The notes under the pieces were generated by a model, which did no database searches, was not told the DNA's origin, and worked only from the letters and a program-made list of their open reading frames with translations. Source: Eledone cirrhosa (taxonomy: Eukaryota). Taken from it: 64,000 nucleotides of DNA. The DNA is taken from contig OZ024751.1 of NCBI GenBank assembly GCA_964016885.1, positions 15,624,001-15,688,000 of the forward strand, read 5' to 3'. Below are positions 28,481 to 40,284 of the stretch, one piece after another (the stretch's first letter is position 1; each line of letters starts with the position of its first letter). The position numbers and the translations under genes were made by a program.

Positions 28481-29839
28481 GATTGACAGTGGAGGAAAGT
28501 CTTATCTACGTGCTGTGTATGCATGCCCACGAAGAGTCCAGGGAAAACTTGTCTCCAGTGGAAGCTGGATGCATGAGACGCAGGGGGCAAGGTAAACTAC
28601 GCATCAAGACCTGGTTTAGGTCCGTGAAAACTCTGAAAACCGTGAATACATGGCTTATATTTGTCTTGTTTTTGACATCTGCTTTTAGTTGTTTGATCTT
28701 GTACTTCATTTTGTATAGTATCATTTATGGAAATTGTAGTCTCGTTCTCGTTGTGGCTTCAATGTTGTTTTCTGTAAAATTATCTTTTCTCTAACTGTAG
28801 TTTAACCTTTGGTAGAACCCATTGGTCTCTGTTCGCTCTTATTTCTATATTCCACTATGGTTCCATTTTCTTTTAATGTTTTCATTTCACCTTCTACTTT
28901 ATTTTCTTTATTTAACAGATTTAGGTACTTCAACATTTCGATTTGTTGTTTTTATGATATTTATGTTGTGTTTTCCTAGGCTCTCAGGTTCTTCTCTGTT
29001 TCTCTGTTTATTTAATATTGTTGTTTCTATCTTAACTCAAGCTGTGTTTACCTTGAGGTATTTTACTTTCTTTATCATATCCATGGTTTCCTGAGATAAT
29101 TTGCTGTTGCTTTCATCATGTGTTTCCTATAGATGTTCTTGGCTTTATCAACAGGAGCTTTTACTATGCTATTATTTAAAGTTCCATAATTCTTTCATTA
29201 TGATCGACTAAATCCTAGCTAACGATCTCACATTCACAATTAACCAAACACTTTATCACAAAGTCTGACCTTCCTATTTATCGCCAGAAAAAACAAAACA
29301 ACAAAAAAATTCAGTAGCTGCTAATTTTAGCAAAGATCAAGAAAGACTCACAATGGAATACTGCTCCTATATAGAGGATGGTACAGTTGCCTCACACATT
29401 GAGATGTTTTACCACATTTGAAAAATGGCTACCGAATTAATTGTTCTGAAATTTCTCACCAAAATTCTCCCACCTCTGTGCCATACAGGTTCACTCCCTT
29501 TGCTCTACGTTTTATACCACTAGAATGTTTTTCAACACGATGACGCGTGTGTGTATGTGCATATGCATACATTAATATGTGTGAGTATATAAATATAAAC
29601 GTGCAAACACAGGCACGCTTATCAAAATACACACTCACACACATACATTCACACAAACACACACATACATTCACACAAAGACACGTACATTCACACAAAC
29701 CCACACACATACATTCACAAAAACACACACATATACATGTACACAAACACACACACAGCGTAACAAATGAAACGCCAGCCGCTGTTTTGCTATAGTTTTT
29801 TTCATCATCCCCTTCCTTCCTTTTACACACATATACATT

Positions 29840-29870
<31 letters not shown>

Positions 29871-31339
29871 ACACACGTTGTGTGACGGGCGGACGGATGG
29901 AAGTCACTCAAATTTATATATAGATTACTACACCGGCCTTTGCTACCTTCAATTATTCGATTCATACCTTTATCTTACTTTTGTCAGCCATTTTGTGTCT
30001 ACTTTTGTAGGCTCCTTCTAAACACCATCTCAAATCCTTCCTTCCTTATTATATAAAGAACAAAGATTTAGTAAAGAAATTGATATGAAATTCAGGTTGG
30101 AGATAGAAACATTTATGAAGAACTACAATGTTAAGCTAGAAAATAAAACAAAAAAACTCCCCAAAATGGTTGTAAGAAATTGACACCAAACGCGGATTTA
30201 ACAATATTTAAGAATTAATGTAGTAGACAATACAACTTACACAACACAAGTGAAAGAAACATTTAAGAAGGGATATATTACAAGTGGCTTAAATTAATAT
30301 TTAAAACATCTTTAAATGAAAGAATTATCTTCTGTAGAACCAAAATATTACAATAAATATTAATATAAATAACTGCAAAAGACGAACAACACCCTTCCAC
30401 TTATTTTCTGTCTTCAAAGAAATCAACCATGAGAAAAACAGAGGTGAGTGAAGTAGAAAGTTGTAAGGAGAAACGAAAACAACATAAGTTGTTAAAAATC
30501 TAAAACAAAGCTGAAAATAAAGTACAAAGTGAGTGTTACGCTAAAAAAAAGATAGAAATATGCTACAAAGCTAATATTTCAGAAGATTGAAGAAATAAGA
30601 GGTAGATAGAGAAGAATCACCACTAAAAAAAAAGTGCAAAGCTGAAAACCGAGGCGTAATTATTCTGATAACAGTACAAAACCAAAGGCTTCACTCAAGG
30701 AAACTACTTAAAATATGTAATGAAGGAGAAAATGAATTAGTAGCTGTAGAATATTTGGAGTTTAGAAGGAAACAATGAACCATATTGTATTTGATTGATT
30801 AATCCTAGACAAAGGAGAAAAGGTATACAGATATGAGAGAATTGAAGCTTACACACACTGAAGAATATGTTAATGTTGGATATATACTTAGCAGTACCAG
30901 GAGAAAAACCACCCGAAGGGTGGTTTCCTGCTAGCATGTGTAGTGTGTATATTGATATTATACGCAAGTGTATATACATGTAGATATGATACATAAAATA
31001 AAATCGTAATTGACAATATAAACAGAAATTGAACGAAGACGTTGTTACACTGTCTTATGTAATCAGTAACGTAATCCATGATACATTAAAAAAAGACGAT
31101 ATTATATATAAACTGCATTAGGAGAAAATTAGTGACAGAAAATTAGTATGTTTATTTAAGTGATCGCCACCGGAAGTGTTGACATCACACACTCTCTCTT
31201 TCTATATACATGGTAGTTGAAGTGGTGGTGGTGGCCACGATATACCGGAAGAACAACTTTGAAAAGAAGTCAATTTTAAATTATTTATTTTTACGAAATT
31301 ATTTTTGTTTACGAAATTTAGTAGATAAATTATTCATTC

Positions 31340-31745
31340 ATTAACGTCCCTTTACGGTCTGAGTTCAAATCCCGCCGAGGTTAACTTTGCCTTTCATCCT
31401 TACGGGGTCGATAAAATAAAGTACCAGTAATGCACTGGGTAATTGCTGGCCTTGTGCCTAAAATAGAAACAATTATTTATTCAAAGTTAATCTCGCCGAG
31501 GTTAACTTTGCCTTTTATCCTTACGTGGTCGAAAAAATAAAGTACCAGTCACGCACTGTGGTCGATTTAATCGAATTTCTCCTACCCCCAAAATTGCTGG
31601 CCTTGTGCCTATATAAGAAACCATTATTTGATATGAGTATTTACATTCTGGGTCAGATTTTGCCAAGGTTAACTTTGCCTTTTATCCTTTCAAAGTCGAT
31701 AAAGTAAAGTACCACTCAAGCACTGGGGTTGATATCAAATTGTTA
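31340..31745 (+). mobile_element. Cluster of three partial Nin/Deu-domain SINEs
   Basis: GGTTAACTTTGCCTTT..TCCTT...GTCGA.AAA..AAAGTACCA occurs at ~31378, 31499 and 31667. Confidence 0.85.
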
Positions 31746-31756
31746 GCCTTGTACCA

Positions 31757-32100
31757 AAGGCGCATGGCTTAGTGGTTGGAGCATTGGGCTTGCAATTGAG
31801 AGGTTGTGAGTTCGATTCTCGGACCGGGTAATGCGATGTCCTTGAGCAAGACACTTTATTTCACGTTGCTCCAGTTTACTCAGCTGTAGAAATGAGTGTG
31901 CGACGTCACTGGTGCCAAGCTGTATCGGCCATAGCCTTTCCCTTCGACAACATCTGTGTGCATGGAGAGGGGCGACTGGTATGCATGGGCGACTGCTGGC
32001 CTTCCACAAAAAAAAAAAAAACTTGCCCAGGCTTGTGCCTCGGAGGGAAACTTTCTGGGTGCAAGACCATGGTCATTTGTGACACACTGAAATACCGACA
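31757..32100 (+). mobile_element. CORE-type SINE, second subfamily
   Basis: GGCGCATGGCTTAGTGG head, GAGTTCGATTC, TCCTTGAGCAAGACACT; 3' part shared with 37420-37890 and 56230-56565. Confidence 0.85.
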
Positions 32101-32247
32101 CAGGCGTGAGGGTATAGTCACACTCTAGCGATGGTTTCCAAGAATGAGAAAGTGCATGCGTGCATATACATATGTACATACATACAAATGTATATACTTA
32201 CATGGATACATAATTACATTCATACATACACATACGTACATATATAC

Positions 32248-32281
<34 letters not shown>

Positions 32282-33076
32282 TACACACATATATACATAG
32301 ATATGTATATACATGCATACTTACATATGTACACACATACATACATACATGCATACACACATATATACATATATACATTCATACAGACATCCTTACATAC
32401 ATATATATGTATATACATACAAATACATGGTGGCTGCCAACTCGTTTTCGAGTACGGCCACTACTTTATATCCATGTAAGAGAACCCCTACCGATGCGAT
32501 GAACGAGTGTGACTTTTTAGTCCAGCCAGAGACTTGAAAACTCTGGTACAAACACTACACTTGTGACAATTATTGACACATAGTGCTGGGCCCATGGTAC
32601 CATGTGACGACAAGTGCAGAGAGATCTCCAGATATAAAGCAATGCCTGTGCCGTGAAGCTTTTATAGTGAGCAAAGGTACTGCACAAAGCCAGTCCCACT
32701 CTCTTAACCAAGATGATATTTACCAAAAAGAAGAACAAGTCAACATCATTGGATACCATCAGGGTTGCAGGTGTTATATCAGAGTTTTCCTTCTCCTAGA
32801 ATCGTGCCTTGACAAAGGCTAAGGGGTCATCTCTCCCCCGTGATTGTGGATGGCCATTGACTCTTAAGAGCTCCTTTGCCCTTTGACAGGTTTTGTTTTT
32901 AGTTCTGCAGGATGTCCAAAGTCATCCTCCTCACCAAGAAACCTTGGTGGGGTTGCCAGTTTAATCGCCAACGACCCGACCATGAGACAGGTTGTACTGG
33001 GATAAATGTTACCAGTAGCACCAACTGGTGACCTGAAATACATACATACATATGTACAGACATACATATGTATATA

Positions 33077-33140
33077 CAACCTTGCCACCAAGAAGGTGAC
33101 CGGTCGAAAATATACTCGAAATTAAGAGATAGAGAAACAT
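33077..33140 (+). mobile_element. Extreme 3' end of the R4/Dong-like element
   Basis: ACAACCTTGCCACC.GAAGGTG.CCGGTC.AAAATATACTCGAAATTAAGAGA matches 35661-35722; CATA-rich flanks. Confidence 0.75.
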
Positions 33141-33164
33141 ACATGCATATATATATAAAAAGAA

Positions 33165-33342
33165 CGGTCGACTTTCGTCAAATCGGACCGAGGGAACAAT
33201 GTTTCCGTTGGTCTTTCCAATTACTAATACTATCTATCGGTCGCAACTCCAGGTAGAAGGAGCAACGTGAAACAAAGTGTCTTGCTCAAGGACATAACGC
33301 ATCGCCTGGTCCAGGAATTGAATTCACAACTTTACGATTGCG
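33165..33342 (-). mobile_element. CORE-type SINE with its head truncated by the inverted duplication
   Basis: Matches the reverse complement of the 3874 family; stops at 33342, where the duplication arm begins. Confidence 0.8.
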
Positions 33343-34195
33343 AAGCTAAAGGTGTATCTTGGATACTGGATTTGTAAACTCCTCATCAATGGTCCGTAGA
33401 TGTCCTCCTTCTCCTGTATTTTTCTCACAACATTTACATCAAGTGGGCAGCTGATCTCCACAACAGAACACGTTTTCATATGTATATACATATGTATGTA
33501 TGTATATACATATGTATATATGTATCTTTGTATGTATATATGCATGTTTATACATATCTATGTATGTACGTATATACATATGTATGCATATACATATGTA
33601 TGTATATACATATCTATGTGTATATATATATATATATATATTGTAGTTTTCCCCAAATTGACGGTTAAGTATTTCTTCTTGACTTTATTTTGAATTAAGA
33701 TTGTATTGCTTTTTCCCCAACTTACACAAAGTCTGAGGATAAAGTTTTTCTTCTTGATTTGTTTTGAATTAAGATTGTATTACTTTTCTCTCATCTTACA
33801 CTAAAAATGTTGTTCATCTTGATGTTATAGTCACTTATATGTCTGAATTATTGTCGGCATTTTGCTTACATTAATTTCTCTATTTTCATTTATATATTTA
33901 TACTCTGAGTTTTCCTAGAGTGCTACTTAATATTTGTGACTAATCCCAGTTTGTTTTTTTAAAACTGCGATAATATTGCTTATGCTGAACTCCATATTTT
34001 TGTTGAGTTTTTTCGGAATGTTTTGACTGTTGTTTCTTGTAAACAGCTTTCTCGTCTCATCCCGCCATCACTAGCTTGTGTCCACGTGTGTTTTGTTATT
34101 TCATTTCTACACGCTGTCGCTTGCCTGCTTTTAATTCCCCTTCGGCATTTTAGCAGTGGTGAATTGGTTAATGTGTTGAGCACTACTGAAGATCG

Positions 34196-34248
<53 letters not shown>

Positions 34249-34302
34249 GAAAGGTATAGAAATTGTTTTAACGAGAAGATAATAGTATTCTATAACATAT
34301 AT

Positions 34303-35180
34303 ATATAAATGAAAATAGAGAAATTAATGTAAGCAAAATGCCAACAATAATTTACATATATATAAGTGACTAAACCATCAAGATGAAAAAATGTTTAATG
34401 TAAGATGAGGGAAAAGTAATACAATCTTAATTCAAAACAAATCAAGAAGAAAAACTTTATCCTCAGACTTTGTGTAAGTTGGGGGAAAAGGCAATACAAT
34501 CTTAATTCAAAATAGAATCAAGAAGAAATACTTAACCGCCAATTTGGGGAAAACTACAAATGCACTATATAGTCTTAAAAGACTATTTCACGAAACTTTT
34601 CAGTGGGGTTAGTCACGTTTGGAATCGATCTTCAGTAGTGCTCAACACATTAACCAATTCACCACTGCTAAAATGCCGAAGGGGAATTAAAAGCAGGCAA
34701 GCGACAGCGTGTAGAAATGAAATAACAAAACACACGTGGACACAAGCTAGTGATGGCGGGATGAGACGAGAAAGCTGTTTACAAGAAACAACAGTCAAAA
34801 CATTCCGAAAAAACTCAACAAAAATATGGAGTTCAGCATAAGCAATATTATCGCAGTTTTAAAAAAACAAACTGGGATTAGTCACAAATATTAAGTAGCA
34901 CTCTAGGAAAACTCAGAGTATAAATATATAAATGAAAATAGAGAAATTAATGTAAGCAAAATGCCGACAATAATTCAGACATATAAGTGACTATAACATC
35001 AAGATGAACAACATTTTTAGTGTAAGATGAGAGAAAAGTAATACAATCTTAATTCAAAACAAATCAAGAAGAAAAACTTTATCCTCAGACTTTGTGTAAG
35101 TTGGGGAAAAAGCAATACAATCTTAATTCAAAATAAAGTCAAGAAGAAATACTTAACCGTCAATTTGGGGAAAACTACAA
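34303..35180 (-). mobile_element. Non-coding HHR element with a 621-nt repeat unit (retrozyme/pLTR-like)
   Basis: GGGGAAAACTACAA ends at 34559 and at 35180. 34303-34559 repeats 34925-35180 with several differences; the HHR lies at the unit junction. Confidence 0.75.
34562..34641 (-). ncRNA. Type I hammerhead ribozyme with a long stem III
   Basis: GCACUA-CUGAAGA-UCGA...UCGU-GAA-AUAGUCU(UUUA)AGACUAU-A-UAGUGC. 6-bp stem I, 7-bp stem III, AUA triplet. Confidence 0.8.
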
Positions 35181-35343
35181 TATATATATATATATATATA
35201 TACACATAGATATGTATATACATACATATGTATATGCATACATATGTATATACGTACATACATAGATATGTATAAACATGCATATATACATACAAAGATA
35301 CATATATACATATGTATATACATACATACATATGTATATACAT

Positions 35344-35723
35344 ATGAAAACGTGTTCTGTTGTGGAGATCAGTTGCCCACTTGATGTAAACGTTGTGAGA
35401 AAAATACAGGAGAAGGAGGACATCTACGGACCATTGATGAGGAGTTTACAAATCCAGTATCCAAGATACACCTTTAGCTTCATACCCATCATTATTGGAG
35501 CTACGGGTTATATACCAACCCGCTTGGACCAAAGTATAACTGAACTTGGATTTGCGGACAAAGAGCGCAGCTCCCTAATTCTAATTCGAAGCGATAGCTG
35601 GCACCTTCAAAATTTGCAAAGCACTCTTGCGATTCAAGGGATGACAATTTATTTTCTTTTACAACCTTGCCACCAGGAAGGTGGCCGGTCAAAAATATAC
35701 TCGAAATTAAGAGAAAGAGAGAA
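35344..35723 (+). mobile_element. 5'-truncated R4/Dong-like non-LTR element (restriction-like endonuclease C-terminus)
   Basis: KTCSVVEISCPLDVNVVRKIQEKEDIYGPL...FIPIIIGATGYIP..L...ITELG resembles the RLE motif C.IID...P.D.N...KE.EK..KY..L...PIVIGALG.IP. Inserted in (CATA)n. Confidence 0.8.
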
Positions 35724-36329
35724 CATACATACATACATACATACATACATACATACATACATACATACATACATACATACATCTGACCTATCTTCCTTTG
35801 TAAATTTTCTATACACTGCATAGAATTATAATTTCATGTAGCCACCATATTCTGATTACATATATCACCTTTCTCTTCTTCAATTTAAAGTCTATATCAT
35901 ATCTCGAATTATTTTACATCTATTTCACTTCTAATTTAGATTAAAAATATTGATTATTTATCGTCAAAATCAGGAAGTTTCTCAATTATACGTCCAAATT
36001 ATACATAAACACGCGTATAAGTAACTAAGCTTGATTTTCTCTAAATATTTTCAAGGTTGTGTTTCAATGTTTTTCACATCATATCATGCAATTTTATACC
36101 AATTATAGAATTTCCAATTGCTATCTTGCTCCGAGGAAGAGGGGTTTCCAAACGCCCCCAAATTCCCCCTCAGTTAGCTACTAATAGGTGTCTATATTAA
36201 GACAGAGCTTAAATACCTTAGGCTGTAATTAATTTTTCTTTTTTACCTATGATCGAGAACATTCTATTTAACCTTAAGCTTTAATATCCGATATTTTTCG
36301 AAAAAAATATTTCTACAATATGATGTCAT

Positions 36330-36330
36330 T

Positions 36331-36370
<40 letters not shown>

Positions 36371-36450
36371 ACATCACCACGATTATCATCACCACCAGCA
36401 CCACAACCACCACCACCACCTTCAATACCACCACCACCACCACCACCACC

Positions 36451-36499
<49 letters not shown>

Positions 36500-36665
36500 C
36501 CACCACCACCACCACCTCCATCACCACTACCACCATCATCATCATCACCATCATCATCATCACCCCCCTCCACCACCACCATCATCATCATCATCATTAT
36601 CACCACCACCACCATCACCCCCTCCCACCACCACCATCATCATCATCATCATCATCATCATCAGA
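36330..36665. repeat. (CAT)n/(CAC)n compound trinucleotide repeat
   Basis: Direct reading. Confidence 0.95.
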
Positions 36666-37419
36666 TATCGTCTAATCTCATCAGTCTGAATACCACAGAT
36701 CACCATCTTAGTCTCTCTAGCAGGTTTTAAAAATGATCAAGACACCGTAGGGTGTCAGGATGGTGCTCCTACGACTACTTTATACATTCCAAGGCCCTTG
36801 ACCTCACCTTATCCATCTCCTGTATTTTAAGTGTCATCCTTGGTTTTTTTCCTTTTCTTCTTTCCCTATTTATTTTGCTTTGTATCAACTGTCTCCATAA
36901 ATCATTTTTTTTTTCTAATCAATAGTTCAAAATATTTAGTTTTTTTCTCTTTGATATTGTCTAATAAAATAGTTTTTAGTTTTACAATTTTTTATATTTT
37001 ATCATTGGTTTTCTGTTATGTCCATCACAATGTCAAGGGGTTTCTATATGCTCACATCTCAAAGTCTTAGAATCCTTTTGATAGTTTATTTTTTAAATCT
37101 ACACAACATATTAGGTCATATATATCATATAGAGAATAATAGCTTTGGCTTTATTATATAAAAAAACTTACGCAATATGACAGCTGTAGCTCGATAACGA
37201 CTGTCTTCCCCATTAGGTGGCTATTGCAGTCTGGTTATGTAAGTTGAGTTTGGGAGAATGGGCGATCCGCTTTTCATTTTCCGAATTTGGAGTGTTTGTA
37301 CAGTTTGGTTTGGCAAGAGTCATGAGTACAGGCTGGCGTTCAGTTTAGGGTGTTTGCTGAGGGTTAGTAGGCTGATTGGAACAATAACAGTGTTATTTAC
37401 ATATATAACATTTAATAGT

Positions 37420-37890
37420 GAAGGCACATGGCATAGTTGTTAAAGCGTTGGGCTTACAATCGTGAGGTTGTGAGTTCGATTCCCGGATGGGACTGGGTAT
37501 TGGGTCTTTGAGCAAGACACTAATTTCATGTTGCTCCAGTTCACCCAGCCGTATAAATGAGCAGCGACTTCTCTGGTGCCAAGTTCTATCAGCCCTAGCA
37601 GCCTTTCCCTTGGATGACATCATATATAGTGTATATATAATATATAATGTACATATAATGTGTATATAGTGCATATACAATGTATATATTAGTTGGGATG
37701 TCACTGGTGTCAAGCTGTATCGGCCGTTGCCTTTCCCTTGGACAACATCGGGGGCGTAGAGAGGAGAGACTGGTCTACATGGGTGTCTACTGTTCCACAA
37801 ACAGCCTTGTCCGGACTTGTGCTTAGGAGGGGGAACTTTCTATGTGCAAATACCATGGTCATTCGTGACCAGAGGAGGTCTTTGCTTTAA
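37420..37890 (+). mobile_element. CORE-type SINE with a duplicated internal segment
   Basis: GAAGGCACATGGCATAGTTG head, GAGTTCGATTCCC, TTTGAGCAAGACACT; CTGGTG.CAAG..TATC.GCC occurs twice. Confidence 0.8.
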
Positions 37891-37984
37891 CATTTAATAG
37901 TATTCCCTTTCATTATTAATATTTCTTCATGTTAAAATATCTGACATGTTACCAAGTGTCTTTCTAGTTAAATCATTCATCATC

Positions 37985-38240
37985 ACGTCGGTGCTTATCC
38001 TATATTCTGTGGCGTGAAGCGACTGACAGTACAAGACACCTCTCTGGACAGGATGCCAGTCCATCGCAGGGTTAAACAACGCAGCTATTGCTGGTACTCA
38101 TTTTCAGCTGAGTATACTGGAGCAACGGGAAAATGAAGTGTTTTGCTCAATAACACAACACACAACCCAGTCCAAGAATCGAACCCACAACATTATGATG
38201 GTAACTCCAACACCCTTACCACGAGGCCACACGCCTCCGC
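37985..38240 (-). mobile_element. CORE-type SINE, third subfamily (AACCCTGCGATGGACTGG tail)
   Basis: Reverse-complemented tRNA head (GAATCGAACCC), AAGTGTTTTGCTCAA and CCAGTCCATCGCAGGGTT. Confidence 0.75.
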
Positions 38241-38619
38241 AATTCTCCAATTTGAGGATACTTTATTGCCTAATTTCAACCTATATCACAGGTCCTGAAA
38301 ATGGCCATGAAGGACGGCTCTTCTGACTAACCAATAGGAAAATTAGCAGCTTTCTGTTGTGGGGAAAAAAATTTGAATACCCCCACGTAACTAAAAGTGG
38401 ACTAGGTGAAAAGCCTATAAATAAGAACTGAAGTGAACTGTCAGGTTCTTCGTATGTACGGAGTCTCGTTGTAGTCTCTCATTGGTAGTTTGGAATTACG
38501 CCTGCTGAATACCTTGGGTGTTACCCTAGTTTCATACATCATGGTCAGGTGATCGTGTTTTGCTCATACAGAACTGATTTTGGCTTGATTTCTACAACTG
38601 GATACCCTTCTTAACGCCA

Positions 38620-39330
38620 ACCACATTTACAGTGAGTATAGGGCGCTTTTTACCGTGGCGCCTACACGACCTACACGACCACTTTACAATGAGTACAGGG
38701 GGCTTTTCACCGTGGCGCCTACTCGACCACTTTACAGTGTGGACTGGATGCTTTTTTACCGTGGCGCCTACTCGACCACTTTACAGTGAGTACTGGGTGC
38801 TTTTTACTGTGGCACTTACACGACCACTTCATAGTGAGTACTGGGTGCTTTTTACTGTGGCACCTACTCGACCACTTTACAATGAGTACTGGGTGCTTTT
38901 ATTGTGGGGCCTACACGATCACTTTACAATGAGTACTGGGTGCTTTTTACTGTGGCACTTACACGACCACTTCATAGTGAGTACTGGGTGCTTTTTACTG
39001 TGGCACCTACTCGACCACTTTACAATGAGTACTGGGTGCTTTTTATCGTGGCGTCTACAGGACCACTTTAAAGTTGTTACAGGGTGCTTTTTATCGTGGC
39101 GTCTAGACGAACACTTCACAGTGAGTACTAGGTGCCTATTACCGTGGCACCTACACGACCACTTTACAGTGAGTGCTGGTACCGTGGCGCCTACATGACC
39201 ACTTTACAGTAAGTACAGGGAGCTTTTTACTGTGGCACCTACACGACCACTTTATAGTGTGGATTGGATACCTTTTACCGTGGCGCCTACATGACCACTT
39301 TACAGTGTAGGACTGGGTGCTTTTTAGGTG
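38620..39330. repeat. 48-bp minisatellite, ~15 copies
   Basis: Unit CCACTTTACAGTGAGTACTGGGTGCTTTTTACTGTGGCACCTACACGA. Confidence 0.95.
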
Positions 39331-40149
39331 TGTCACACCATTATATCGCTTTCAAAACTGGGTATAGACTGCCTGTTGTCATCGCCACATGGTCTTTTTA
39401 AACTCATATAGATGTAATTTTCTTATGATCAAACAGAATGTTTCCAATTTTGTTCTGAATCTTATCACTGTATTTACTCATTAAGTTGCTGATATTATCT
39501 CATTTATTTTATCAGATATTTTTTTAGATTCACGCTGGTTATTAAGTTTTTTCAACTCATTGATATTGATCATTCGGCCATTTTGTTTTCTGTTTTTCTA
39601 TATTCAGAGGAAGTCTCTTTATTTAGACTGTTATATATCCATCTTGATTTTTATATTTATATATATATATATATATTTTTTTTCTTTCCTTTTCTTCTCC
39701 CTTTCTTCCATTTTAATAGAAACATCAGATAGTCATGTTTTCTTTTCCCTATCTATTTCAAGCTGTTGTTTCCATACGGGTTTTAATTGTGGTTCATTTC
39801 CTTCTTCTGTTTGTTCCCCATTACCCCTTTCTCTCCCTCACTATTTCTCTCGTTCTCTCACTCTCTCTATCGTTCTCTCCCTCTCTTTCACTCTTTCTTT
39901 CTCTCAATCTCTCCCTCTCTCACCCTCTCCTTCTCTCACTCAATTTCACTCTCTCTCTCCACCCCCTCTCTCTCTCTCTCTCTCTCTCCCTCACTCTCTC
40001 GTTCTCTCAACCTCTCTTTCTGACTCTCTCTCTCGTTCTTTCAAACTCTCTTTTTCTCACTCAATTTCTCTCTTTCACTCTCTCTCCCCTTCGCTCAATC
40101 ATCCCTCCCTCTCCCTCCCTCTCTCCCCCCCCCCTCTCTCTCTCTCTCT

Positions 40150-40193
<44 letters not shown>

Positions 40194-40284
40194 AAATTAT
40201 ATGGGAAAAATAAACAAGATAAAATAAGAATTTACCAATTTACTTCGTAGTTATTCTATTAAATTTTGGTTTGTAATTTCAGTA

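Larger units (their letters stand above)
33343..35480. repeat. Near-perfect ~855-bp inverted duplication (33343-34198 / 34623-35480)
   Basis: Mirror ORF translations (33980-34183 minus vs 34560-34841 plus; 33400-33693 plus vs 35175-35423 minus); very few mismatches. Confidence 0.95.

Noticed and set aside
29200-29460. Possible decayed PLE RT fragment
   Set aside because: Too degenerate to support by eye.
22614-30930. Isolated hairpins at 22614-22666 and 30899-30930
   Set aside because: No family membership or motif supports a function.
36264-36730. Pro/Ser/His- or Gly/Asp-rich ORFs
   Set aside because: A trinucleotide repeat open in several frames with no other coding support.
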